DNA from: a virus
Lineage: Duplodnaviria > Caudoviricetes
Length of the DNA stretch: 46,780 bases
Virus record (IMG/VR): IMGVR_UViG_3300037851_000296
Location: 1-46,780 of that record
Strand: one strand, 5' to 3'
This document shows positions 20,329-28,662 of the stretch, piece after piece. The number at the start of each line of letters is the position of its first letter. Position 1 is the stretch's first letter. Position numbers and translations under genes: made by a program. The notes beneath the pieces are model-generated. The model was not told the origin of the DNA. It was given only the letters and a program-made list of their open reading frames with translations, and did not search any database.

Positions 20329-22071
20329 TCATCCTGTCATCTCATCCTGTGGGTCGTAAAGCATCGGCGAATCACCTTGCCACCCATGGCGATGTTCCCT
20401 TGCCATCTGATGTGCGATAGCGAGTGCCATGACACGGTCGTCATGGCATCCTTCATCTGCCATAGGTTTCCCGTTCTCCCATACCACGAAGGTCACCATC
20501 TCACGGACGATATCCTTCGCCGGTATATCTATCTGTCCGAGCCTGACCTTCTGAGCTAGCTCGTCCAACGCAGGCATCCGGGTCTCTACGGTGGTCTTCC
20601 ATCCGAGGGTGCGGGTCATACGTCTCGTGAGCTTGTTCATCTCTCGATGCCAGAACAGCCGAGGGTAGCGGTAATGCTCCCTCAGGAGCCGCAGGACCGT
20701 TTGACCTGAGCTATGGGAACGTTCCACCCCCAGGAGAGCAACCGAGCGGGCAGGACCTTCGCCACAGGAGTACCAGTTCCCTAGGAGTCGCAGTTGGTCT
20801 GCGAAGACTTCAGGAGCGATTCTCCCGTGGAGTTCTGCCACGACCTCATCGGTGTCCACCCGGTACACGATGGCTGCGGAGTAATCCCTTCCACCACGTT
20901 CCCTGTCTGCCGAGTTCGAGGACATCCTTTCGGCGACGAGCTTGCCTTCTGCGGTATCCGCTCCGATGACGTAATGCCCTGCGTTATCCGGCTCGGAGTA
21001 TATCCTTAGGAACCCGCGAGGAGAGGGTCTATACACCACCAGGTTATCGTTGACGGCCAGCATCCCTCGGGTCTTCGCTTCCCCTGCGGTGCGGGTGAGT
21101 AGCCGTATCTGGTCTTCATCGAAGAAACAAGCACCGCTGACGAGGAACGCTTCCTCTGCGGTGGCAGGGTATTCCTGCTGGAAGTTCCTCACCGCGTCCC
21201 TACCGAGCCGTACACGGTCTCCACCGAACCTCTCGACGATGACGGCTCTCCGCCATGCGAGCTTGTTCATGCTGAGGGTGTGGAACTCTCCCTCGTAATA
21301 TATCCCCTCGGTGAGAGCTTGTTTCTCGAAATCATCGGGTTGTTCGAGGATTATCTCTCGGGTTTCCTCATCAGGTTCCAGCTCGTATTCCGAGTGTATC
21401 CACCAGGGGAGGAAGATGGCGAGCCAGTTACTCTCTCCGTTGGACGCAGCTTCCCACATCTCGTGGAACAGTCCACCAGCGCCTTTCGCGGTGGACTCTA
21501 TGATTATCTCTGAGTTCGTGTGTGGAACCGCCTGCATCAGTGATACCCACGCCTCGTAGCCGGTGTTCCCCCAGTACGCTAGCTCCGAGGCGTGGAGGAG
21601 GTGGATGGTCTGGGCTCTTCCGGCTTCAGTATCACTGGCGGGTCGAACGGAGATGTCTGAGTCATGGGCGAAGGCCAGATGCTTCCTTCTCCCCACCGAT
21701 TTACGTGTGGGTGCCAGTTCAGATGGTAGGTGGTCGTAGTACCTAGCGTAGATGTCGTAGAGGACACCGGCTCTTTCGAGGCTGTCCGCCACGACCATCG
21801 CAGAGGTCGCAGGCCAGAGATGGAGACGACGGAGGAACCGTGCCGCAACGTACGTGCTAACGCCTTCCTGACGGGCTTTGAGGATGATGGCTCGTACACG
21901 GTTCTCTTCTTTCCTCTGGGCTGATACCTTCTCGTGGACTATCTTCTGAGCTTCGTTGAACTCAAGGTAGTTCAGGGTGGCGTCTTTCTTGCGTATCTTC
22001 AAACACGCCGAGCAGTAAAGTTCGAGGTCTTTACGGAAGTCCTTGATGAGTTCAGTCTGAGGCTTGGTCAT
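20329..22071 (-). CDS. terL: Terminase large subunit
   Basis: 'ILKARQEGVST' ATPase motif, 'LHASELAYW', 'IESTAKG', and nuclease motifs 'GADTAEG' and 'HDDRVMA'. Confidence 0.95.
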   Translation of the reverse strand: MTKPQTELIKDFRKDLELYCSACLKIRKKDATLNYLEFNEAQKIVHEKVSAQRKEENRVRAIILKARQEGVSTYVAARFLRRLHLWPATSAMVVADSLERAGVLYDIYARYYDHLPSELAPTRKSVGRRKHLAFAHDSDISVRPASDTEAGRAQTIHLLHASELAYWGNTGYEAWVSLMQAVPHTNSEIIIESTAKGAGGLFHEMWEAASNGESNWLAIFLPWWIHSEYELEPDEETREIILEQPDDFEKQALTEGIYYEGEFHTLSMNKLAWRRAVIVERFGGDRVRLGRDAVRNFQQEYPATAEEAFLVSGACFFDEDQIRLLTRTAGEAKTRGMLAVNDNLVVYRPSPRGFLRIYSEPDNAGHYVIGADTAEGKLVAERMSSNSADRERGGRDYSAAIVYRVDTDEVVAELHGRIAPEVFADQLRLLGNWYSCGEGPARSVALLGVERSHSSGQTVLRLLREHYRYPRLFWHREMNKLTRRMTRTLGWKTTVETRMPALDELAQKVRLGQIDIPAKDIVREMVTFVVWENGKPMADEGCHDDRVMALAIAHQMAREHRHGWQGDSPMLYDPQDEMTG

Positions 22072-22462
22072 CTGTACCCGTGAGTTCCGCTAGTCTATCC
22101 TCGAAAGGCGTATGTCCCATGGCCGCTCTGGGTCCTTGAGCTTTCTCGAACTCTTGAAGACGTTTGATGACTTCCCCTGCGGCCTTGAGACGGATAGAGG
22201 TGTACCTGTCCGGGTTGCCCGTGAGGGCACCTTCATAGACCTTCAGGGCTTGAGGGAGGAGGTACGCGAGTCCTTTCTGCGCTATCTGCGCTTGGGTCTT
22301 CCCCGCTTTCTCAAGTGCAGAGATGAAGTCGGCATCCTTCGCTTTCCAGTTCGCCACCGTGACCCTGTGGACACCTGCTGCTTTCGCAGCTTCCTCCTGG
22401 GTACCACCTTCGGAGAGTATCTTTACGGCGATAGCTTTCGCGTTCACATCAGCAACCGTCAT
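22052..22462 (-). CDS. terS: Terminase small subunit (HTH)
   Basis: HTH 'TQEEAAKAAGVHRVTVANWK..D.DF'; immediately upstream of terL. Confidence 0.75.
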   Translation of the reverse strand: MTVADVNAKAIAVKILSEGGTQEEAAKAAGVHRVTVANWKAKDADFISALEKAGKTQAQIAQKGLAYLLPQALKVYEGALTGNPDRYTSIRLKAAGEVIKRLQEFEKAQGPRAAMGHTPFEDRLAELTGTDDQASD

Positions 22463-22719
22463 AGGTCTACCTCATACTCGGGACCGGACAGGAGGTACCG
22501 TATATCTTTGTTCTTGGTCTCTTCGAGGTAACGTTCCTCGGAGTCTTCACCGAACTGAGAATCTATAGCTCCTGAATCCCAGTAGTTCCGTAGGGTCCTG
22601 GTATCGAAGTTCTTGTACGAAACCTGGAAGGTTCGGATACGTTCACGGAAACTGAGCCCGCAAACACAGGCCCAGGTTCCTCTACCACAGGTCTCACAGT
22701 ACCTAGCTTCTTTACCCAT
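22459..22719 (-). CDS. Small Cys-containing protein, first gene of the late operon (near-leaderless)
   Basis: ATG 22719 (MGKEARYCETCG...) lies 9 nt after a -10 box; stop is coupled to terS. Confidence 0.6.
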   Translation of the reverse strand: MGKEARYCETCGRGTWACVCGLSFRERIRTFQVSYKNFDTRTLRNYWDSGAIDSQFGEDSEERYLEETKNKDIRYLLSGPEYEVDL

Positions 22720-22728
22720 AAGGTAGAC

Positions 22729-22757
22729 AGTATACCACATAGAAGAACAGAAGTCAA
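22729..22757 (-). promoter_or_regulatory. sigmaA/70-type promoter of the packaging/structural operon
   Basis: TTGACT-17 nt-TATACT with a TGTG extension. Confidence 0.7.
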
Positions 22758-22759
22758 AG

Positions 22760-22970
22760 GAAAGGAGAGAAAGAACTTCTGAAGAGAACTTCCTACTGCC
22801 CTCGCTTTCCATCTCCACGCTCGGGCACTCTTCTCTTCTCTTCGCCTTCAGGGTCTCCTCTAGACCCTGAAGGCATCTAGTTCTGTTCTTTCCTTCGCCA
22901 AGCTCCTGAAAGGGAGCTTGGCACTCTTCTCTTCTCTGTGCCCTCGCTCTAATCCCTCTTCGCTCGGGCT
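22760..22970 (-). ncRNA. Candidate hairpin-array small RNA
   Basis: Starts ~6 nt after a perfect consensus promoter; four GCC...GGC hairpins joined by AG-rich linkers; no convincing ORF. Confidence 0.55.
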
Positions 22971-22976
22971 AAGTAC

Positions 22977-23005
22977 ATTATACGATTTCTTTCTTCGGGT
23001 GTCAA
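22977..23005 (-). promoter_or_regulatory. Perfect consensus sigmaA/70 promoter
   Basis: TTGACA-17 nt-TATAAT. Confidence 0.8.
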
Positions 23006-23042
23006 CCCCCCAGGGGAAGATTTCACAAAGATTTATACATCA

Positions 23043-23060
23043 ACCACAAGATATAGTGGT
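23043..23060. promoter_or_regulatory. Possible NrdR box
   Basis: ACCACAAGATATAGTGGT resembles the NrdR consensus acaCwAtATaTwGtg; single copy only. Confidence 0.4.
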
Positions 23061-23403
23061 GTACACCGTACACCACGGGAACTACATCCCACCTTCGGCG
23101 CTCGTGACAAACGAGCGCCTCAGGGTGTAGCGGGAAGTAAGATTGTAGCGCGCTCTTGTTCGAAGGTACCATATAGATTCTTTCTACGACGGACCTCTCT
23201 TTCGTCCATTCGACTCCTAGGGTCCATAGGGGTTTCGAGGGTTCTAAGGGCCATCCGCAGAGATCAGAAGCACGAATCCCGTAAACCCGAACCGTACCGA
23301 CGGCAGGAAGCGCTCTGAGGGCTACCACGCCTGCCCGCCGCCGGGCGGCAGCCGGGAGGGCTGACGATCTCTCTCTCTCCCGGGGGGGGGTTCCGACGGG
23401 CAT

Positions 23404-23443
23404 AGAAAGACCCCCGGGAGCGGGCCGCGTGCTCCCGAGGGTC
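23404..23443 (-). terminator. Intrinsic terminator
   Basis: GACCCTCGGGAGC/GCTCCCGGGGGTC stem plus TTTCT, directly after the 23453 stop. Confidence 0.65.
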
Positions 23444-23452
23444 CTTAGGTGA

Positions 23453-23812
23453 TCACTTGAGACTGGTCAGGTACAGCTTCAATGCCTCGGGGTTCCCAGC
23501 GAGTGCCGCGAGGACTTGCGGGTCTGCCTGGTGAGTCTTCACCTTGCTTGCCTTGCTCGCCTTCGGTTCCGGCTTCGGCAAGCTTGCAAGCGCTTCGGTG
23601 ATGATCTCTGCCAGAGGCCCGTAGTCGTTCGGGTCGGCGTCCCTTGGGACGTTAATGCTCATGCCCCCGATGCGCCCGGAAACGTTGAGCGAACGCTCCC
23701 CGTTCTTGTCCACGTAGGGTTTGACGATACGGACGGAAAGCTGCCCGCCGTTGTGTGCCGCCACGACGGCGATACCGCCAAAGTCCTGCTGGTACGTGTT
23801 CTCCCACGTCAT
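23453..23812 (-). CDS. Hypothetical early protein
   Basis: ATG 23812 (MTWENTY...) with GGGAGG RBS; followed by a terminator. Confidence 0.7.
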   Translation of the reverse strand: MTWENTYQQDFGGIAVVAAHNGGQLSVRIVKPYVDKNGERSLNVSGRIGGMSINVPRDADPNDYGPLAEIITEALASLPKPEPKASKASKVKTHQADPQVLAALAGNPEALKLYLTSLK

Positions 23813-24205
23813 TGGAGAAACCTCCCTGGTCTCGATGTTCCGGTTGTCAAGATGCGGCCCCGGTCTCGAACGGTAGCAGAGATGAGGGCTGGGCGTCCAG
23901 GAACCCCCCCGGCGATGATCTCGGAGCCCGTGAGAGCCACGGTGACGACTCGAGCCCTCCCCCCCGGGCAAGGAACCCTAGGAACCCTTCCTACGTCGGT
24001 CCTGAGCGTTCCTACGGCCCGGAACGGGGTGCAGGGTGTACCCTCGTCTTCCCCCCGGGGCCGTGGCCCCCGACGGGGGCCGTGGAACCCCCCGCAAGGG
24101 TAGTTAGGGAAAGGAAAGGTAGGTGAATGATGATGAAAGGATGACAAGGAAGCCTATCTCCGCGGTTCAAGCAGAAGTAGGCGATACCAGAGAGAGGAGG
24201 AGGCG

Positions 24206-24403
24206 ATGGCTATTACCTGGACTAAGGCCTGCGGTTGCCAAGTGCGCGAAACTTTACGCACCATCACCATGGCCGACTTAACAGGCAGCACCACCGAAAC
24301 TATCCACTGGTGCCCCGAACACGAACACGAGTCCCCAGCCGCGCGTCAGCTCAAGCGCGAGGAAGCCTGGGCGGAGTACATGAAGAGGCACGACAACCCA
24401 TGA
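24206..24403 (+). CDS. Small hypothetical protein (CxC...CxxH)
   Basis: Strong AGGAGG RBS. Confidence 0.6.
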   Translation: MAITWTKACGCQVRETLRTITMADLTGSTTETIHWCPEHEHESPAARQLKREEAWAEYMKRHDNP

Positions 24404-24424
24404 CTATCAGAGAGAGGTAGCCCG

Positions 24425-24595
24425 ATGGCTGAGTTGTATGACCAGGACCATGAGAAATACCTCAAGTTCAGAAGGACGCAGAAACAGATGGCACTCATGG
24501 TCACGCTCGCTGAGCTAGACCATGACTGGTGTCAGTGGGAGAAAGAATATCTAGACAGCGACGAACGCTGGGAATGCGAGGACGATTGGAGATAA
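24425..24595 (+). CDS. Small acidic, Trp-rich hypothetical protein (56 aa)
   Basis: Hand translation MAELYDQDHE...EDDWR; GAGG RBS; followed by a terminator. Confidence 0.55.
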   Translation: MAELYDQDHEKYLKFRRTQKQMALMVTLAELDHDWCQWEKEYLDSDERWECEDDWR

Positions 24596-24620
24596 ACGTA
24601 AACGGGATGTAAGTAACGTG

Positions 24621-24657
24621 AAGCTCCCCCGGTTCTATACCGGGGGAGCTTTCTTTT
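24621..24657 (+). terminator. Intrinsic terminator between convergent genes
   Basis: 13-bp stem AAGCTCCCCCGGT/ACCGGGGGAGCTT plus TCTTTT. Confidence 0.75.
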
Positions 24658-24662
24658 ATCGC

Positions 24663-24821
24663 CTACTCAGGGTAACAGTACGGACAAGGATGGTACTTAT
24701 TCCAATCCAGTACCCAGTAAGCACGATGACAATGAGGACACGTGTGTCTCAATATGTCTTTCACTGCCTCACAGGCTAGTCCAACAAGGATAAACCCAAC
24801 GATAAGTAGGATAGGGTCCAT
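24663..24821 (-). CDS. Small membrane-anchored Zn-finger protein (52 aa)
   Basis: Hand translation MDPILLIVGFILVGLAC...CPHC...CPYC; AGGAG RBS. Confidence 0.55.
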   Translation of the reverse strand: MDPILLIVGFILVGLACEAVKDILRHTCPHCHRAYWVLDWNKYHPCPYCYPE

Positions 24822-24824
24822 TAT

Positions 24825-24983
24825 TTATCTCCTCGTTTCTATCCATCTTTGGTATCTATACCAGGCGCTGTTCCGTTGAGCTTCCTGCGTACAACGTAGA
24901 CACCAGCCTCTGATAGTATCACCTATCCTTGCCACCCGACCACACCGATTACATCGTTTCTTATAGAGTTTGAAGTAGACCAT
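24825..24983 (-). CDS. Small Zn-finger protein (52 aa)
   Basis: Hand translation MVYFKLYKKRCNRC...WCLRC. Confidence 0.5.
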   Translation of the reverse strand: MVYFKLYKKRCNRCGRVARIGDTIRGWCLRCTQEAQRNSAWYRYQRWIETRR

Positions 24984-24992
24984 GTTAGTGCC

Positions 24993-25859
24993 CTAGTGTT
25001 GTGTACAGCCAGCGTCCGTACAACCACTTCCCAACGCAGACAGCACCCTTTGAAAAGCACTTTGCTGGCCCTTCTTAATCATAGCTCTATTGAGCTTATT
25101 CAGAAATGTCTTATCCAGGTGCGGTTGCTGGTTAGGGTCCTTGCCGTCAGGACACTCGGTAGCATCCAGGGTACACAGCCTGTTCTTATCTGCATACATA
25201 TACGGATGCTTACAGATATCACACGTACCGACGAGCACTGCTCCGGTCCGCAGCTTAGGCTTACCACAAGCACACACCCATAGCCGCATCTTCCCGGTGC
25301 CTACCCCGATGGAATCTTCCGGCTTACGATGGACGTTGAGAGCGGTCACGTCGATACCGTCGGCGATGGTTTGAAGTTCGCTTTCCCATCGTGTTGGATA
25401 CGTGAAGTTGATGTATCCCCAGCCATCCACGACGGTAGCTTCGATACCGAACCTAGCTGCTGCGATACGGAAATCCGCGGAATGATAGCTGGTATCGCTC
25501 GCGGTCCGACTCACCTGGTGCATAGCTTGGTGGAACAGCACCTTTACGATTTCGATACGCGGTTTGTCAAGGATTTCTCCTGCGAGGAATACCTCGCCGT
25601 GGATAGCTTGCTGCCCTGCCATCGCTCCGAGCTTAGCGAAAGCTTGAACGGTCTGGGACTCCCAGCTTCCTGGTTTATACCAGCCTGTTTCCTTACGTCT
25701 CCCTTTCGGAGCGATACCCAGAACAGGCATCTTACTGGCGTAGCTTGTAGCTTTGCCCATGTAGTATTGATTATATCTGTCCAACTCCATGAGAATCTTC
25801 ATGTAGGCTGAGCGAAGCTCAGTGATGGCAGGACCGATATCACCTTTCATGATAGGCAT
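24993..25859 (-). CDS. SprT-like zinc-metalloprotease-fold protein with a degenerate active site (HQAMH)
   Basis: 'LFHQAMHQ....SYHSADF' plus C-terminal CxC...CxxC; GGGAG RBS. Confidence 0.6.
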   Translation of the reverse strand: MPIMKGDIGPAITELRSAYMKILMELDRYNQYYMGKATSYASKMPVLGIAPKGRRKETGWYKPGSWESQTVQAFAKLGAMAGQQAIHGEVFLAGEILDKPRIEIVKVLFHQAMHQVSRTASDTSYHSADFRIAAARFGIEATVVDGWGYINFTYPTRWESELQTIADGIDVTALNVHRKPEDSIGVGTGKMRLWVCACGKPKLRTGAVLVGTCDICKHPYMYADKNRLCTLDATECPDGKDPNQQPHLDKTFLNKLNRAMIKKGQQSAFQRVLSALGSGCTDAGCTQH

Positions 25860-25875
25860 TATTCTCTCCCTTCCC

Positions 25876-27075
25876 TCACTTCTCGATATGGACAGCCTGA
25901 GCGTACGCCGGATGTTTATTCCACCAATAACTTCCTTCGCTCGCCATGGTAACGATGATGAGTTTCCCTCTCGGCGCTACTTCTGGCCAGATGGTTTCAC
26001 TATCGGTGAGCAGGATGATGATGTTCGGGCGGGTCCTGAGTGCTGCGGTATGCTCGATGATTGTCTTCATGTTCGTACCACCACCACCGGTGAAGTCCTG
26101 TGCTCTGATGGTGGCTGATGTACTTAGTCGCTTCTCGCCCTTTACTTCCGTATCACCCCAAACAACAACCATTTCAGAAGCATGAGCCCTAAGGATACCT
26201 GTTACTTCACTCAGGAACACGTCGATACATGACCACACACTACCACTAGTATCTATACCGATAGCTACCACCGGGTCGTAGCTGATGAGGGACGGCAATA
26301 CGAAATCCTCTTCATGTCTGATGTTCTCCCTCTGGTATGAGTAATCCGTCTCACCACCGCTCACTACCTGAACAGCTTGTCTAACGTGCGCTTTCAAGAT
26401 ACTGGTCCAGGGCACCTGCGCTGGTCTAAGGATATCACCTGCCCATCGTTTCAAGTGCCCCGGTGCAGCACCGAACGTCTTTACCTCTTCAGCTACCTGT
26501 TTGAAGATAGATTCTTTCTCCACGCCGGTGATACGTTGGTCATCTTCGGGTTGTGTTCCTGGTCCATCCTCCCACTCATTAGGATTACCAGCACCACCAC
26601 CACAGCCAGGCATGTTATCGTTATCACTACCACCACCCTGCTCGTCCTCCCGCTGGCTGATGATATCGTAATATTCCTCAGCGAGCAATCCATCATCCGC
26701 TCCGATATCTCTCGGGAAGATACCGAACGGAAGGCATATCGTTTCATCTAGCTCCCGGATATAGATACCATCGGCGAGACCGTCGTTGATTTCACAATCG
26801 CCCGCCTGGTTCCATGTATCCGGTCGTCTCTCTACCCTACGCTGATGATGATTGAGCGTCAGGTGGTGAATCTCATGGATAACCGCCATCGTCTGCTCGT
26901 TCAACGACCAGTCGATATCGGAGTCGTAATATAGATTCCAATGCTCATCCACTGCCACCGTACCTATACCTGGTTTCGGGATAGGATTCATACGGAACAG
27001 GATGCTTGAGAAATACGGTGCGGCAAGCCGCACCTTCAATCTCACACCTTCCATATCGAACGTCATAGGTATCAC
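25876..27075 (-). CDS. DUF2201-type metallopeptidase (HEIHH) plus VWA domain protein
   Basis: 'HEIHH', 'WNQAGDCEIN', MIDAS 'DTSGS', 'GGGGT', 'LTD'. Confidence 0.85.
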   Translation of the reverse strand: MIPMTFDMEGVRLKVRLAAPYFSSILFRMNPIPKPGIGTVAVDEHWNLYYDSDIDWSLNEQTMAVIHEIHHLTLNHHQRRVERRPDTWNQAGDCEINDGLADGIYIRELDETICLPFGIFPRDIGADDGLLAEEYYDIISQREDEQGGGSDNDNMPGCGGGAGNPNEWEDGPGTQPEDDQRITGVEKESIFKQVAEEVKTFGAAPGHLKRWAGDILRPAQVPWTSILKAHVRQAVQVVSGGETDYSYQRENIRHEEDFVLPSLISYDPVVAIGIDTSGSVWSCIDVFLSEVTGILRAHASEMVVVWGDTEVKGEKRLSTSATIRAQDFTGGGGTNMKTIIEHTAALRTRPNIIILLTDSETIWPEVAPRGKLIIVTMASEGSYWWNKHPAYAQAVHIEK

Positions 27076-28217
27076 AGTCTCTCGATTAGGGGCAGGAACT
27101 TAGTGTATGCACCATCCCCAACCACGTTGAAATCTGAAAGTTGCTCACCGCATGCGTTACCAGCCTCGATGAGGCTAGGGATAAACCCAGCGAACACATC
27201 CGCGAATCCATTGGTCGCGCACTTACCACCGAACCGCCATGTATCATCCCAGGTAACGGCAGTCATACGCTCGACCACGTACCCGACGAGGTTCGCAACG
27301 ACAGCATACGTCCTGTCAGGTCGGTTCCTGTCGAATACCTCATGCTCATCGAAGCTGCCAGCCAGCACATCCTGCGGCATAGGAAGGTCCATGTTCCGCT
27401 TCCAGGTGATAAACTCAACGGCGGCAGCCTCTCCCACCATGCTGCTGATTAGGTCTAGACGCAGGTTCTCATCATCCACGTCCGTACCAGCGACAGCAAG
27501 CAGATGAGATGCCAAGTCCCATGTCCTAGGGCTAGGCCACGGACCGTCCTGCTTGATTTCTTCTTTCGGCATAGAGATGAGCAAGTTGGGGCGCGCTCGC
27601 ACGAATGAAGCAACCATAGCTCTTTCCTCGGTGAGTCTAGACACTGCCTCATCACCTAGGTCTGTCCGTGCTTTGAACTTCCCGGTCACCATACCCCTAA
27701 CCCACTCATCAAGGTTCGGGACGACAGGGACATGGCCCATCCTGTTGGCGAGCACCCCCGAGATAGGCCAACCACCAGCAGAATCTTCAACGCTGTTAGC
27801 AGCAGCCACGATGGGGACGCCCATCGGGATAGAATCGAAATCCCCAACCCTGCGCTCGTTGAGGATACGCAACAGTGGTGCTTGCTTAGCAGGACTCACG
27901 GTACGCAGCTCGTCGATGAACAGTCCGACGAAATGTCCTGCCTCATGCAACTCATTGATGAAAGTTACCCATGATGGCCCAGTGACAACCACTCCCTTGT
28001 CCGTACGGGTTGGCCAACCTGCGATATCCGTTGGCTCCCTAACACTTGCAAGCAATACGAACAGATGCGACGGTCCGCCATCGCATCCTGCGGCAGTACA
28101 CGGAGTATCTTCAAACATAGACTCCGTGCCAGCCGACTTGCCGATACCTGGTTGCCCGGTCATGAGGACCGGAACCCTAGCCTGAACATACGTGTTCAGG
28201 ACCCGACCAATATCCAT
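27072..28217 (-). CDS. MoxR-like AAA+ ATPase
   Basis: Walker A GQPGIGKS, Walker B LFIDE, 'AAAN', 'LANR' and 'SPRTW'; ATG 28217 with GGGAGG RBS. Confidence 0.9.
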   Translation of the reverse strand: MDIGRVLNTYVQARVPVLMTGQPGIGKSAGTESMFEDTPCTAAGCDGGPSHLFVLLASVREPTDIAGWPTRTDKGVVVTGPSWVTFINELHEAGHFVGLFIDELRTVSPAKQAPLLRILNERRVGDFDSIPMGVPIVAAANSVEDSAGGWPISGVLANRMGHVPVVPNLDEWVRGMVTGKFKARTDLGDEAVSRLTEERAMVASFVRARPNLLISMPKEEIKQDGPWPSPRTWDLASHLLAVAGTDVDDENLRLDLISSMVGEAAAVEFITWKRNMDLPMPQDVLAGSFDEHEVFDRNRPDRTYAVVANLVGYVVERMTAVTWDDTWRFGGKCATNGFADVFAGFIPSLIEAGNACGEQLSDFNVVGDGAYTKFLPLIERL

Positions 28218-28279
28218 CGGACGAACCTCCCTTTCTGGTCTATCCAGCGGGTACCTCCCGCCGTTTAGACCTGAGGCCC

Positions 28280-28309
28280 AGTCTACACCCTCGTCCCCCG
28301 GCGAGTCAA
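28280..28309 (-). promoter_or_regulatory. Promoter of the AAA-VWA operon
   Basis: TTGACT-18 nt-TAGACT. Confidence 0.6.
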
Positions 28310-28335
28310 CCCTGTCCCCCGATCGGGGGACAGGG
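28310..28335. repeat. Perfect 26-bp palindrome abutting the -35 box (possible operator)
   Basis: CCCTGTCCCCCGA|TCGGGGGACAGGG, centred on a GATC. Confidence 0.75.
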
Positions 28336-28602
28336 GGCCAGCGAACGAACACCCCGGCGAAGTAGGCGATGGTTCGGGCGAGACGGTCTAGACTCACGGG
28401 AGCTGCGGCGAGCCGAGAGGCGAGGGACGCGCATCTAGACCGTGACGACCTCCTGACCGTCCCCACGAACTCTCGACCGCACCCGTCCCTCCCAGACCTC
28501 CGAGGGGGTACCTTTATAGGGGTGCCCTCCTCGCTCCAGGTTCCCTGGGGGGACCTGGAGACGGGCCACCACTGGTCCTCAGCTCTTTAAGGAACCAAGG
28601 GG

Positions 28603-28631
28603 TTGACACCTAGGGGTAGGTAGTGTACGGT
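28603..28631 (+). promoter_or_regulatory. sigmaA-type promoter
   Basis: TTGACA-17 nt-TACGGT. Confidence 0.65.
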
Positions 28632-28662
28632 GAACCCAGAGCGAAGAGAGGAGGTGAAGCAG

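Noticed and set aside
22720-22818. N-terminal extension of the 22459 ORF
   Set aside because: It overlaps a promoter and the hairpin array; ATG 22719 fits better
22798-22969. Mini-CRISPR array
   Set aside because: The hairpins differ in sequence while the linkers are the similar parts; there is no constant repeat with unique spacers and no cas genes
28218-28466. N-terminal extension of the AAA ATPase in the ORF track
   Set aside because: It runs through a promoter and a palindrome; ATG 28217 has a strong RBS
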